Shown here in pieces: positions 38,700 through 50,927 of a stretch of 64,000 nt of DNA. Every line of letters begins with the position of its first letter. Position 1 is the stretch's first letter. This DNA is from Mobula hypostoma (lineage: Eukaryota), in contig NC_086108.1 of the NCBI RefSeq assembly GCF_963921235.1, positions 56,360,001 to 56,424,000 of the forward strand, in the 5' to 3' direction. Position numbers and translations under genes: made by a program. The notes beneath the pieces were generated by a model, which was not told where the DNA came from, made no database searches, and was given only the letters and a program-made list of their open reading frames with translations.

Positions 38700-39320
38700 T
38701 AATTCATTGGTGGAAATTTATGATAAAGCTCAGGCTTTATAAGGCATTTGTCTGACAGCACTTGCAATATTTTGAACAATTTTAGGCTACTTACCCAAGG
38801 AAGGATGCACTTGCATTGGAGAGGGTTCAGAGGAGGTTCACGAGAATGATCCCAGAAATGAAAGGGTTCACATATGAAAGTGTTTGATGGCTCTGGGCTT
38901 GTACTTGCTAGAGTTTGGAAGAATGAGGGAGAATCTTATTGAAACCTATCAAAAATCGAAAGGCCTAGACAGAGTAGGTGTGTAGAGGATGTTTCCTATA
39001 GTGGGAGGGAGTCTAGGACCGGAGGGCACAGCCTCAGAAAACAGGGATGTCCATTCAGAACAGAAATGAGGAGGAACATCTTCAGCTAGAGGACAGTGAA
39101 TCTGTGAAATTTATCGCTAGAGACAGCTGCGGAGGCCAAGTTAGTGGGTATATTTAAAGCAGAGATTGATAGGTTCTTGATTGGTAAGGGCAAAAAAGGT
39201 TACAGAGAGAAAGCAGGAAATGGGGTTGAAAGAAATAATAAATCAGCCATGATGCAATGGCAGAGCAGACTTCATAAGCTGAATGCCTAATTCTTATGGA
39301 CGTTTAAATCTTATGGACTT
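38700..39320 (+). mobile_element. CR1 3' fragment ending about 25 nt from an exon donor
   Basis: gagggttcagaggaggttcacgagaatgat... through a CR1 3' end, similar to 27700-28190. Confidence 0.85.
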
Positions 39321-39343
39321 ATGACCTTATTAAAAACTCTTAC

Positions 39344-39500
39344 ATGACAGCTTCTGCTTCCTTTGAATCCACTGAAATCATTTCAGCTGGAAGCTCCAGG
39401 AAGTTATACATTTCCGTCGCTGTCAGGTGCACATCAACAATCTTATTAAGGTCATCATCTGTCAGTTGCTCTCTTACGTTCTCTCTCCACATTTGGTCAT
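39344..39500 (-). CDS. DNAI4: DNAI4/WDR78 coding exon
   Basis: Encodes DQMWRENVREQLTDDDLNKIVDVHLTATEMYNFLELPAEMISVDSKEAEAV. tttcAG acceptor, GTAAGA donor, 157 nt, phases consistent. Confidence 0.92.
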
Positions 39501-40384
39501 CTGAAATCATAAGCATTTATGAAGGCTGCAGAATAGTAATCAGGATTATTATCTAAAGTTGATAGGCTTTATTAAACTTAAAATTATGAAATATTTTATT
39601 TGATGGGAGAAAAGTAGTTTCCATGGGTCGATAACTAAAGGACATCAATTTAATACTTTCAACGAAAGAATAAAGGGAGCAGCTAGAATAAGTTTTCCAA
39701 GACAGATCATGTTAGGAAAATAAATGCCCCTCCATAGCCATTACAGCTTCAAAAAGGAAAATGGCAAAGTAACAGTTAAAATATCTTGGAATGATAGAGT
39801 AAAAGTGACAAATTAACTTGCTTTTTCAGAAAACTTACATAGATGCAACAAGGGATCAAACGGGAACATTGCCTGCCCCAGTATTTCATCTTTTTTTAAA
39901 TTTTCTCACTCAAAACACTTGCTAACACTTTAGCTACAGTCATTTGATTAGATAGTAATCTTCAGGTGATAAATAGATCTCATACCGAACACAAGATCTG
40001 ACATGATTAATATAATTAGCAATATATAAAATCCGCTTTAAGTCCCTTCAAGCACCATTAGTGAAAACTTTTGAACTGCTTCCATAAATAATAATATACG
40101 CCATTAGTAATGATAGTTTAAATAGCAACAGATAATACAGCCATCAATCAAAATTTGCAGTGACATTAAATGTGGTTATAGAATTTTGTGTATTTCCATC
40201 TCTATACAGGAACAAATTAAGTAACTAAAATAATAAACTTTTTGAATCAGTAGCAAGGGACTTAATGAACTTGATATTGGCAAAGAAATTTGTCCCAGCT
40301 ATATCTCTATTGTGAACTTACATTTGTAAATCTGTACAGAGTGTTAAGCTATAACAATATGGTAACAAATATTACATTGTACAC

Positions 40385-40482
40385 CTGTAGCGTCATGCTG
40401 AACACTATTGTCACCAATATCATCCATTGAATCTGAAATTGTACGACTTGATCGGGAGACACTACCACTGTCAAAAGTAGAC
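40385..40482 (-). CDS. DNAI4: DNAI4/WDR78 coding exon (Ser-rich)
   Basis: catacAG acceptor. Encodes STFDSGSVSRSSRTISDSMDDIGDNSVQHDAT. Phase 2 to phase 1 bridges both neighbours. Donor is at 40385 or the in-frame alternative at 40376. Confidence 0.82.
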
Positions 40483-40808
40483 CTGTATGTCACAGAGAAA
40501 ACAACATACATCTTATTATCAGTCTATTGATACATAGGAAATGCACGCAAGTACCGCCCATTTGATCTGAAATTTATCTCTTCTTTTGAATGCACTTCTT
40601 TTTTCTCATATGATACATGCCAAATTTTGGGAGTTTCATAACAATTTTGAAAAAAAAAATGGCCCAAAAAGCAATAACAACCAAAACAGCTTAATTCATG
40701 TTAAGACAACACAGTGAAGCCCATGTTTCCAGAAATGTACAGCTAGGATGCCAACTTATTCCAAAACACTGTTTTCAATAAAATGTGTTTTAAGATAAAA
40801 TGAGTTAC

Positions 40809-40990
40809 CTGGTAAAGGGTCCACCATAACTAACATTTGCTGCCGTCTGGTAAACAGTACCACTGAAGGCATAGTCAGAAGATGAAAGTTCTTGCGAGGA
40901 GAAAGCTTTACTTTGCTTGGTTTGTATAAAATTGGGATCCAAGAGGATGAGAGGACGAGGAGTGACATCTTTTCCATTCTCATCAAATAT
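40809..40990 (-). CDS. DNAI4: DNAI4/WDR78 coding exon
   Basis: Encodes IFDENGKDVTPRPL...YGGPFT(R), the recognisable WDR78 N-terminal motif. ttccAG acceptor, AG|GTAACT donor, 182 nt. Confidence 0.93.
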
Positions 40991-41134
40991 CTGGAAATGA
41001 GATACAAACATCAATATCATTTGAGCATAATTAATAGCATTCTTGGTAAGAACTCATTTAAACCATAAAGTATTCTTTGTAGGTTCTAGCCTTCAAAGTA
41101 CCCAGGACATCTTTAGGGAGTGGTGTCTCAGAAA

Positions 41135-41470
41135 AGTATTAAGGACCTCCAGCACCCAGGGCATGCCCTTCTCTTACGGTTACCATCAGGTAGGAGGTAC
41201 AGAAGCCTGGAGGCACACACTCAGCAATTCAGGAACAGCTTCTTTCCCTCTGCCATTCGATTCCTAAATGGAGATTGGATCTTTGGACACTACCTCACAT
41301 TTTTAAAAATCTATTCAATATACGTAACTGGTTTACTTGTTTATTTATTATTATTATTATTTTTATTTATCATTATTATTTCTCTGCTAGATTATGTATT
41401 GCATTGAACTGCTGCTGCTAAATTAACAAATTTCACGTACATGCCAGTGATAATAAACCTGATTCTCATA
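41135..41470 (+). mobile_element. Rex/Babar-type LINE 3' end
   Basis: HPGHALL..LPSGRRYRSL...FRNSFFPSAIR, then a 3'UTR ending gataataaacctgattct. Confidence 0.8.
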
Positions 41471-43637
41471 ATCGATATTAGATTTCTTCCTGTTTTTGTA
41501 CCCCGTATTCCAAGACCTTAGTAGGATTTACTATATTGGGTGGGGTAAACAGATGAAGGACAAAATAATGAGACCAAAAGACAGAATAGGCAATAGACAA
41601 TAGGTGCAGGAGTAGGCCATTCGGCCCTTCGAGCCAGCACCGCCATTCACTGTGATCATGGCTGATCATCCACAACCAGTATCCAGTTTCTGCCTTATCC
41701 CCATAACCTTTGATTCCAAATGAAGAAAAACACTTGATAAGTAATTTCATCTACTTATAAAGTGGACCTTGCATCTTACTATTATCGAATTAAGTTCCAT
41801 CCAAAAGCCCAATTATTCTACCTTTCCAGATTTTATAAAGATCAGTTGGTTTATCACAGCAGCGAATATCATTCTTAAACAACTTTACATACGTATCTAT
41901 TCCAAATAAATATAATTCTTGTATATCTATTAGTTTACCATCTTCATTTTACCTAAACAAGATTATTGGTTAAAAACAGAAAAGGCTTGGAAAATTAAGA
42001 GAATCATAAAGTCAGTTGTACAGCAGAGAAACATGCCCCTTAGCCCAACTTGTCTATGCCAACCAAGATTTCTATCTAAGCTAGTCCCCTATTTGCCTCC
42101 ATTTGGCTCATATCCCGCTATACTTTTTGCATCCATGTATCTGTCTAAATCGTTTTTAGATATTTGAATTATATCCGACCCTACAGCTTCCTCTGGTAGC
42201 TTGTTCCACATATCCACCACCTTCTGTGAAATAAGCCCTTATTAAGACTTTCTCCTCATCTTAAATCTATGTCCTCTGGTTTTAAACTTCTCTACTCTGG
42301 GAAAAAGACAGTGACCTCCAACTTGTATACACCCCTTGATTTTATATACCTCTGTAAAGCCACCCTTCAGCATCCTATTCTCTAGGGAAAAAGGTATCAA
42401 CCTATCCAGCCTCTTTTCATAAATCCCAGCAATGCCTTCATGAATCGTTTCTGCACCATTTCTCACTTTAACAGAAAATTTTGGCCTCCCCGTTCTATTT
42501 CCTTTCACCATTTTGTGTAATAATCTAGTTTTAGTAAATAGTATATAGAAATTCAGTCATAAAACTTAGTTTATACCAGTGATACACAACTGAAAGGTTG
42601 ATTCCCCACAACTCCCCCTTTAGACTGAGAAATGAAAATGAACATTTCTGAGTTTCTTTCCCATCACTCCAGAAATTCAACTAAGCGCATCTTGTGTGAG
42701 CCAAGTTTGCATGTTTGAAGCAACTTCTGTTTTGTTGTGCCTCAAATTATGTCATAATTCCATGGAAATCTCCATTTGGATTGTTGCTTAAGAAATCAGT
42801 CAATGATGCCCTGCAACAGCTGGCACTTCCAGGATAGCTAGTTTTTACAAAGCAATTCTATGATTTAGGCTATTTTCCTTCACACCTGTCCAAATTAATG
42901 ACCCTAGCCACTCACTATTCCAGACACCCCACCCTGCAAAAACTCATTCAGGTAGGTAGCACCCCCGCCCCCCACAACCCCATATCTCTCACCCCCCCTA
43001 CCCCCCCCCACCCCCCCAGTCGACCTCCAAGGATGTATGTAATACCTTGTTTAGTGATTTTGTCTAATCTGTAAACCAAGTTGGGTATATGCAGAAAATG
43101 TGACATTAAAATATGTACTTATATTATATTATCTATTACAACTTTAAGCAAGTCTACAGGGAGTTTGGCCTCATCATGTAGGACATCAATAGGGTAGCTC
43201 CTTAGCAGCTAGCCAGCTAGTTTAAAGAACATTAGCTATGCTAATGAACAAATGACACCTGTTAAACTCACCTCAACATGCCTTTTACATTTTAACCCAC
43301 CATGGGCAATAGAAAAGTCACTGTTGCAAACAGTGCAGCGAGCAACACTGTCATTATTTTTGAGGTCCACTGTAAAGCCCGCGCACAGAAAAAACTGATA
43401 GGTCTACTCGCAGAGGTCCCCAACCTTTTTTGCACTGTGGACTGGTTTAATATTGACAATATTCTTGCGGACCGGCCAACCGTTCGGGGGTGGGGGGTGG
43501 TGGTGGCGGTGTTAATCACGATCGGACGATCGGGATACAGGTGATAAGTCAACTGTAAGTCACTTATAAGTGGCTAATACACTGAATTTCGTTTCTAAAA
43601 AGGTTTATCTAACGAATTTAATATTAAACACACAGCA

Positions 43638-43771
43638 ACACACATAAAAGTTGCTGGTGAACGCAGCAGGCCAGGCAGCCTCTCTAGGAAGAGGTGCAGT
43701 CGACGTTTCAGGCCGAGACCCTTCGTCAGGACTCTGATCCCAGCTCTCATCCAAAGTACTTGGTGTCCCTA
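43638..43771 (-). mobile_element. 134-bp Penelope-like terminal insertion
   Basis: Perfect 15-bp TSD ATTAAACACACAGCA (43623-43637, 43772-43786). Same terminal sequence as the other Penelope-like ends. Confidence 0.85.
43698..43733 (-). ncRNA. Minimal type I hammerhead ribozyme motif (intact core)
   Basis: Minus strand reads AGUC-CUGACGA-AGGGUCUCGGCCU-GAAA-C-GUC-GACU: stem I AGUC/GACU, core CUGANGA and GAAA, stem II AGG/CCU, palindromic ACGU stem III, GUC cleavage triplet. Confidence 0.75.
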
Positions 43772-44984
43772 ATTAAACACACAGCACATATTTTCCTCGC
43801 ATGAATATAGTGATAAATCAATTATAAGTCACTTATAAGTCAATAGCATCATAATATTTTAAGTAACGTTTGGATATTAAACACACAGTGCATATTTTCC
43901 TCGAATGAACGTATAAAATCATTGCAACACACCAATATCACTGAATAAGTGGGAGCCCTGGGCTTGTTTCCCTGCAACAAGACGGTCCCATCGAGGGCTG
44001 ATGGGAGACAGCGATACTCGAAGGGGGTTCCTTATGTCCAGTCTATTCCGCAATTTAGTTTTCGTTGCATTCATTGCAGAAAACCCTGCTTCGCAGAGAT
44101 ATGATGTTGGAAATAGAAGCAACGCTTTCAGTGCTTTCGTGGCTATCTCAGGATATTCAGCCTCGACTTTGATCCAGAATGCCAGCAGAGATGTTATGTC
44201 AAACATACTTTTCAGCCCATCGTCATTTGCAAGCTCGAGGAGTTGATCTTCTTCCCGCGCTGAGATGGAAGACGCGTGGGTAATGACCTCGCGTGCGTAA
44301 TAACCTCATGTGCGTTCAAGTTCAACAGTGGGTGTGACAAGGAATGAGGAAAGGTGCAGCTGACTCATATCATTTCATATCGCCAAATCATATGGGTTCC
44401 TCATGGCCCAGTGGTTGGGGACCACTCTTAGCACGAAGAGAGACCAATCAGGATGCTCGCTCTCGTTCTCCCTCTCCCTCTCAAAAAAAATTGATTTCCG
44501 GGATATTGTATATAATTTCCAGGTGTCAGGGAGCTGCTATCAATATGCGGGAGACTCCCAGAACTTCCGGGAGAGGTGGGAAGTCTGCTATTCTCACTTC
44601 TATCCCTCTGCCATGCACATTCTTATTTACAACTGCCGAGCATCCTTGACCCCAACTTCTATGAAATTCCAAACTTCACAATCACTAACTCATTGGTAGT
44701 TTGAAGTCCCCAATCCTTTAAACTTCACAAAGGGGTATCAAACTACATCAACCCCACAGTGCATCAACTTAGAGTCAGCTGATCTCTGCCCAATACCGAG
44801 GACCTGAATGGACCTCCCTCTATCTCCCAATTCACCCTCATTCTCGTCCTTGTGGGAAGGAAAAAGTGTAATTGCTATTCAGTAACATTTGCTGCCATAG
44901 ATCTAAGGTGTCTCTGATGTTTTTTGCGACAGACTCACGATAAGAATGTTAGATGCTCAGTCATACAATACTCATGCATGCAAT

Positions 44985-46375
44985 GCAGAAACAAAAGACT
45001 ACAGATGCTTGAATCTGGAACAATAATCTGCTGGAGGCACTCCGAGGATCGAGCACCATCTGGGGAGGGAAAAGATTATCAATATTTCAGGTAAAACCCT
45101 GCATTAGGGCTGAATGGAGAGCTGAGATGGCCAAGACAAAGAGGAGAAGGGGAACCCAAGGTGATGGGTGGACAGAGAAGTGGGGGGGGGGGGTAAGATG
45201 ACTGGGTGGAGTTGGAAGCCGGTGACAGGTGAATGATAGATGGACCAACACACAAACTGCTGTAGGAACTCAGTGGGTCAGGCAGCATTTATGGAGGGAA
45301 GTAAACAGATAATGTTTTGGGCTGAGACTCTTCATCTGGCCTAAAAGGTATAGGGAAAGAACCAGCATAAAAAAGTGAAGAAGCAGCTCACAGGTGTTAG
45401 GTGAATCCAGGTGAAGGGGTGGGGGCTGACAGTTGAATAAGGAAGGGAAGAAGCTGGGAAGTAATAGGTGGAAGAAACAAAGAGCTGAATATGATGGAAT
45501 CTGACAGAGGAAGCTGGAGCATGGAATAAAGGGAAGGAGATGGGGGAGAGCATAAGGTGAGGAACCAGTGGGTGAAGTGTTGGGCAAATAGAGAGGGAAG
45601 AGACATGATGAATGATGCAGGTAGAACAGGAAGAGAGAGCAAAGAGACAGACAGAGAGCAGTTACCAGAAGTTTGAGAAAACAATGTTCATGACACCAGG
45701 TTGTAAACTACCTGGGCAGAAAACTAATCCTCCAGTTTGCGTTTAGCCCAAACTTATCAGAGGAGGAAGCGCAGGACAGACACGTTGGTGTGACAATGGG
45801 CAGGAGAATTTAAAAGGCTGGCAACTGGGAGATCCAGACAGCCACAGTGGATGAAGTGAAGGTGCAATAGATAACAATGGGGAATTTGCATGTAAAACAC
45901 TGTGCCCACTGGAAGGGCTACTTAGGGCACTGGATGGTGATCAGATGTAGAAGAAGTATGTTACACCTCTTGTGCTCACAAGGGAGAATGCCTCAGCAGC
46001 AACCATTAGACCAGGGAATCACAGAGAGAGTGATCCCTGAAGAAACCAGAAAGAGGAGAGAGAAAGACATCACGGATATGGATTGATATGCAGGATACAT
46101 AGGCTGGGGGGGGGTGATAGGTGAAGACCAAGGAAACTCTAACTCCCTTCTGACTGGGAGGGGTGAGGCGGAACAGGGCAAAGGCAGAAGTGTGGGAAAT
46201 AGGGGATATGCAAGTGAAGGTTCCATCAATGGGGCAGGGAGCCTGGCTTAATGAAAAATAGGATATCATGGAGTAGAAGACATCATTTCAAGTACAGATG
46301 CACCAGAGATGGAGGAACTAATAAAAAAAGTCTGGCATCCTTACAAGTTGACAGGGTGGGAGGAATTGTAGTAGG
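44985..46375 (-). mobile_element. Old Penelope-like element with two tandem degenerate terminal repeats
   Basis: Two decayed terminal units (about 44990-45105 and 45245-45345), purine-rich UTR on the + strand, and GIY-YIG/linker remnants (GFFRDHSLCDSLV; RVSLVFTYHP). Confidence 0.65.
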
Positions 46376-46379
46376 AGAA

Positions 46380-46672
46380 ATGTTTATTTATTTATTGGGA
46401 TACAGCACGGAATAGACCCTTCTAGCTCTTTGAGCCATGCTGCCTAGCGACCCCCAACTTAACCCTAGCCTGATCATGGAACAATTGGCAATGACCAATT
46501 AGCTTATTAACTGGTACATCTTTGGACTGTGGGAGAAAACTGGAGCACCTGGAGGAAACCCACACAGTCACAGAGAGAACATACAAACTCTTTACAGGCA
46601 GCGGGAAGAATTGAACCCAGGTTGCAGATACTGTAAAGCATTGTGCTAACCACTACGCCACCATGCTGCCTC
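46380..46672 (-). mobile_element. tRNA-derived V-SINE
   Basis: A box GGCGTAGTGG, B box GGTTCAATTC, V-core GGGTTTCCTCCAGGTGCTCCAGTTTTCTCCCACA, (TAAA)n tail. Confidence 0.85.
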
Positions 46673-47671
46673 AGTGAATAATCTGTATCCTGACATGGAG
46701 ACAAAAAGGACAAGAAAGGGAGAAAGGTGTCAGAAATGGACTAAGTGAATTTAAAGGTGGGGTGGCAATTGGAGGCAAAGAGAGAGAGCGAGAGGAAAAA
46801 AAGAGGCAGATGGAATGAGATGGGGTAGAGAAGTGTGAATTTTGGACTCAGCTGCTGGAGGAAGATAAGCTGAAACACAAAGATCTACCGGAGCTGGAAT
46901 CTGATAAGTAAAGAAGATAATGGGAACTATTAGGGGAGGGGTGAATGGCAGGTGAAACCAGAACTAAAGCCAGATTTTTAACCTGGATCTGACAAGTACT
47001 GTACAAGACACCGTGTCATAAAGCAATAGAGTATGGATACAGGCCCTTCAGCCCACTGAGTCCATGCCGACCACAGTGTTGAGATTCATTATTTGTTCCA
47101 GTCACCTTCTCAACTTCTCATCATGCAACATGCCACTTAAATAGATACGAGTGGATAGTCAGAATTGGTGTTGTTCCTGGAAATCAACAGCATTGTTGAA
47201 TTTCAAATGTCATTGCTTAACAATGCCATTGAGCTATTAACACCGAACTGTTACGTTTGACATCCAGTCTCAGCCTCACTGGAATAAGGAGAAGGAGTGC
47301 AGAAAAGTGCCCTCAATATATTGCGGGTTCCCAAAGCCCTTCCCAGTCAGAACAAAGGAATCTGGGATTGTACCCCATTGGGCTCTATTAAGGCAATTAA
47401 ATAATTGTATTTATTTGTATCTCAACTTCATTTAGTCACCATTTCTTTATCTTCATCAAGCACACAAATACACTTAAGGTGCTTTGTTGAAAATTTCATT
47501 TGATTAAAAAAGCCTTCCAGATCTTCAGCAATCCTACTTTGAAGCCAACATCAATGGCTGAAACCATTTTCTTTCTTTTTCATGATGATGCATCGGAGAG
47601 GGGAGCAAAAAAATGCCTACCAATGGTTTAAAGTCCCTTTTGTGGCAAAGTTGAGTTTGATAACCTTATTG

Positions 47672-47887
47672 CAGCGGTCCCCAACCACCAGGCCATGGAC
47701 CGGTACCGGCCGCAAGGAAACAATATGATTTGGTGATATGAAATGATATGAGTCAGCTGCACCTTTCCTCATTCCCCGTCACGCACTGTTGAACTTGAAC
47801 ACCCCCCCCCGCCCCCCATCAGCCGGTCCACAAGAATATTGTCGATATTAAACCGGTCCGCGCTGCAAAAAAGGTTGGGGACCCCTG
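47672..47887. mobile_element. hAT MITE (216 bp), same family as 43411-44427
   Basis: TIRs CAGCGGTCCCCAACC / GGTTGGGGACCCCTG, perfect 8-bp TSD CCTTATTG. Internal sequence matches both ends of the longer element in reverse orientation. Confidence 0.93.
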
Positions 47888-47956
47888 CCTTATTGGATGG
47901 AAAATTCTTTCCACAAATGCTAAATGTTCACTTTAAACATGATGATCAAAGCCTAC

Positions 47957-48143
47957 CTGTGTTACATGCCATCCACCTGCACTATAACCTTTATCTATGA
48001 ATTTGTCTGCTTGTAGACTTATCCTTGGGCGACCACTTGATCCCAGAAAGCTCAATGAGTTCTTTTGGCTGTGCTTACTGCCTATGTTTCCGATGCTGCC
48101 ATGTATAGACTGTTGCTTCGTACTTCCTCCAACTTTAGATAAC
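47957..48143 (-). CDS. DNAI4: DNAI4/WDR78 coding exon (most 5' exon found; probably exon 2)
   Basis: Acceptor ttttacaccctAG and donor CAG|GTAGGC. 187 nt open frame (LSKVGGSTKQQ...WHVTQ), phase 2 to phase 0, joining in frame to IFDENGKDVTPRPL. The N-terminus is weakly conserved, so support is mainly splice signals and phase. Confidence 0.75.
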
Positions 48144-50927
48144 CTAGGGTGTAAAATCAAAACACGGTATTAATTGTTCTGGTAACAAAATTTGTAGTAG
48201 AAAAAAGACATTTAAAGTTCAAATTTCACAGTAAATTGTATTACCAAAGTACATATATGACAACATATACAACCCTGAGATTCATTTTCCTGTGGGCATA
48301 CTCAGCTAATCTATAGAATAGTAACTATAACAGGATTAATGGCAGATCAACCAGAATGCATAAGTTAACAACTGTGCAAATGCAAATATAAATAAATAGC
48401 ATTAAATAACGAGAACATGAGATGATAAGATAAAGAGTCCTTAAAGTGAGATCATTGGCTGTGGAAACATCTCAATGATGGGGCAAGTAAGTGTAATTAT
48501 CCCCTTTTATTCAAGAGCCTGATGGTTGAAGGGTGGTTACTGTTCTTGAACCTGGTGGTGTGAGTCCTAAGACTATTGTACCTTCTACCTGATGACAGCA
48601 GTAAGAAGAGAGCATGGCCTGGGTGGTTGGGATCTCTGATGATGGATGCCAAATTACTTAGATGTGCACCATACTACTTGCCCAATACATTTGTCTTCAC
48701 TGTTTTTAATCAGGAGCAACAAACCTGTAGCCACAAGCACTACATCTTATTATGACATTCTTTAAAATGTTTCCCCTAAAAGTCAGGTTTTCCAAAGAAA
48801 AACTATATCGCCTGCTATTTCACAAAGCAAAGTACAGTGGATTGAAATAAAACATAAAATACTGGAAATATTCAGCAGACAAGGTAGCATCTGTGAAGAC
48901 AAATAATGTTAACACTTTATGTCAGAAGTGTTTCTTCCGGTGCTCCAGTTTCCTCCCACATTCCAAAGATATACAGGTTCATAGGTCAATTGGTCACTTG
49001 GGTATAAATGGGCATTGCAGGCTTGATGGGCTAGAAAGGCTTTTTACCGTGCCATATTAAATAAATGTGTTAAAGTGTTTATTTTTATTCTCCATACAAT
49101 GTGCAGTGGTGGAGTGTACTGCAAGGTATGAATAGGCCAGAAGTTTAGATTCCAAACCCAATGAATCTGGTATCATTCGCATTTTTATACTTGAAAGGAC
49201 TTCCATGCAATAGGGGCAAACATTAGGAAAGCACTATTTGAGAGAAGAGAGAACCCAAAGTTACTACAAATTTTGCTAAAATTTGAAGCAGTTGTTAAAT
49301 ATTAAGAGTATTTTCAGGAAAAAAAAAGCTTAAGCATCATGCGAAAAAATGGAACAGTCTGACCAGACCACCATAGAATCAAACTCACTTCACTGATCCT
49401 ATTGAAGTGAGGGTGGCAGTGGAGGGTGGATTGGAATGCAAGAATACATGTTTCAGAGTACATAAATGGAGAAATTGTTACAAGGTTACTTTAACCAAAG
49501 GATGTATTAATAAGCTATGGAATATTAATTACTCATGTTTATGCTTCTTCCTTCACGTGACTAGGGCAAATAATGGCACAAAAAGTGCACATTAAAATTG
49601 TGAATTAAGATTTAATAACATTAAACAAATTCACAATGTAGAAGCTTGTGGCAGAAATTTGCAATGTACAGTGCCTTATTGATAATACCTCAGAGCACTG
49701 TAGTTTGAGAAGTTTTGCATCTTCTTCAGTAGTAAAATATTTATTGTATAGTACAGGTGGAAACTAGAAAACTTGATGGTTGAATCTTCATACAAATTTT
49801 AGTGAACATTGATTCTTGCAGACTAGATTTTACAGTATCAGCACACAGCATCAAGACTGTTTGATAAAAGTTATAATGCAAATGCTGTGAAATATTTCTT
49901 TGAATTAGAAAGTGTAAGAGATACTGCTCGGTCATCCACTAAAATCAGAACTGATCCTGTGTGCAAAAGGATTGTTTTCTCATTCTCTTATGTCCTATGG
50001 CTAATAAATCTATCCATCTCAACCTTAAATATGCTACATTAACATTCTTGTAATTTTACCCACGTATAACCCTTCTGGATGAGAACTCATAGACCCACAG
50101 ACCTATAGATCAGCACAGCATGGCTATTCATTCCAAGAAACTGTGCAACTCCATTCAGTAAACTACCAAATCTTTGGAAATTGCCAGCTCAAATAGCACC
50201 TAGTTCAGCAAGCGTCTAAAGACAATTACTAAAATCAAGAGAGCACACTGACATACGACACTGCATTAAGCCAGATAGTAGCATTAAAGCCACAGCCACT
50301 TTATGATATGTATATTAAAAAGAAAAAGGCAAATATTATTTACAGCATGTATCAACACCTACAGAGTTTAACTATATCATGTGTCTTCTTCAAAGTTCAA
50401 AAGTTCAAAGTACATATACAGTATGTCACTATATGAGATGTATTTTCTTGTAGGCATACTCAATAAATCCAATAGCCGTAATGGAATCAATGAAAGATCA
50501 CAACAGGGTGGGCAACCAGTGTGCAAAAGACAACAAACTGTGAATACAAAAAGAGAGTGAGTGAGTAAATAAATCAATCAATCAATCAATCAGTAGATTA
50601 ATTGATTAATTAATTTAGAGGACCTGGGATGGAGTCCTTGAAAGTGAGTCCATAGGTTGTGGGAAAAGTTCAGCGATAGGCAAATGAATCTGAGTGAAGT
50701 TATACCCTTTGGTTCAAGAGCCTGTTGAGAGATAACCGTTCCTGAACCTGGCTGTGCGAGACCTGAGGCTCCTGAACCTTCTTTCTAATGGCAGCAGCAA
50801 GAACAGAGCATGGCCTAGGTGGAGGGGGTCCCTGACGATGGATGCTTCTTTCCTGCAACAATGCTCCATGTCGATGTGCTCAATGGTGGGGAGGACTTAA
50901 TCCATGATGGATTGGACTGTACCCACC

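Larger units (their letters stand above)
43411..44427 (-). mobile_element. hAT (Charlie/Buster-type) deletion derivative
   Basis: TIRs CAGAGGTCCCCAACC / GGTTGGGGACCACTC. ORF 43919-44206 is a hAT C-terminal dimerisation domain (FW...EYPEIA..A...LL.FPTSYLCEAGFS.M...KTK.RNRL...QAQGSH). Confidence 0.9.
42921..44587. mobile_element. Non-autonomous DNA transposon with 13-bp TIRs and 6-bp TSD, hosting a nested hAT element
   Basis: CAGACACCCCACC ... GGTGGGAAGTCTG (11/13 inverted match). CTATTC directly flanks both ends (42915-42920, 44588-44593). Confidence 0.72.

Noticed and set aside
43540..43900. Repeated AAGTCACTTATAAGT / ATTAAACACACAG units resembling a repeat-spacer array
   Set aside because: These are subterminal repeats of the hAT element plus a TSD. 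The DNA is eukaryotic, with no regular spacing and no cas genes.
46600..46672. tRNA-like sequences (also 5218-5295)
   Set aside because: SINE heads with A/B boxes but no complete cloverleaf, followed by SINE bodies.
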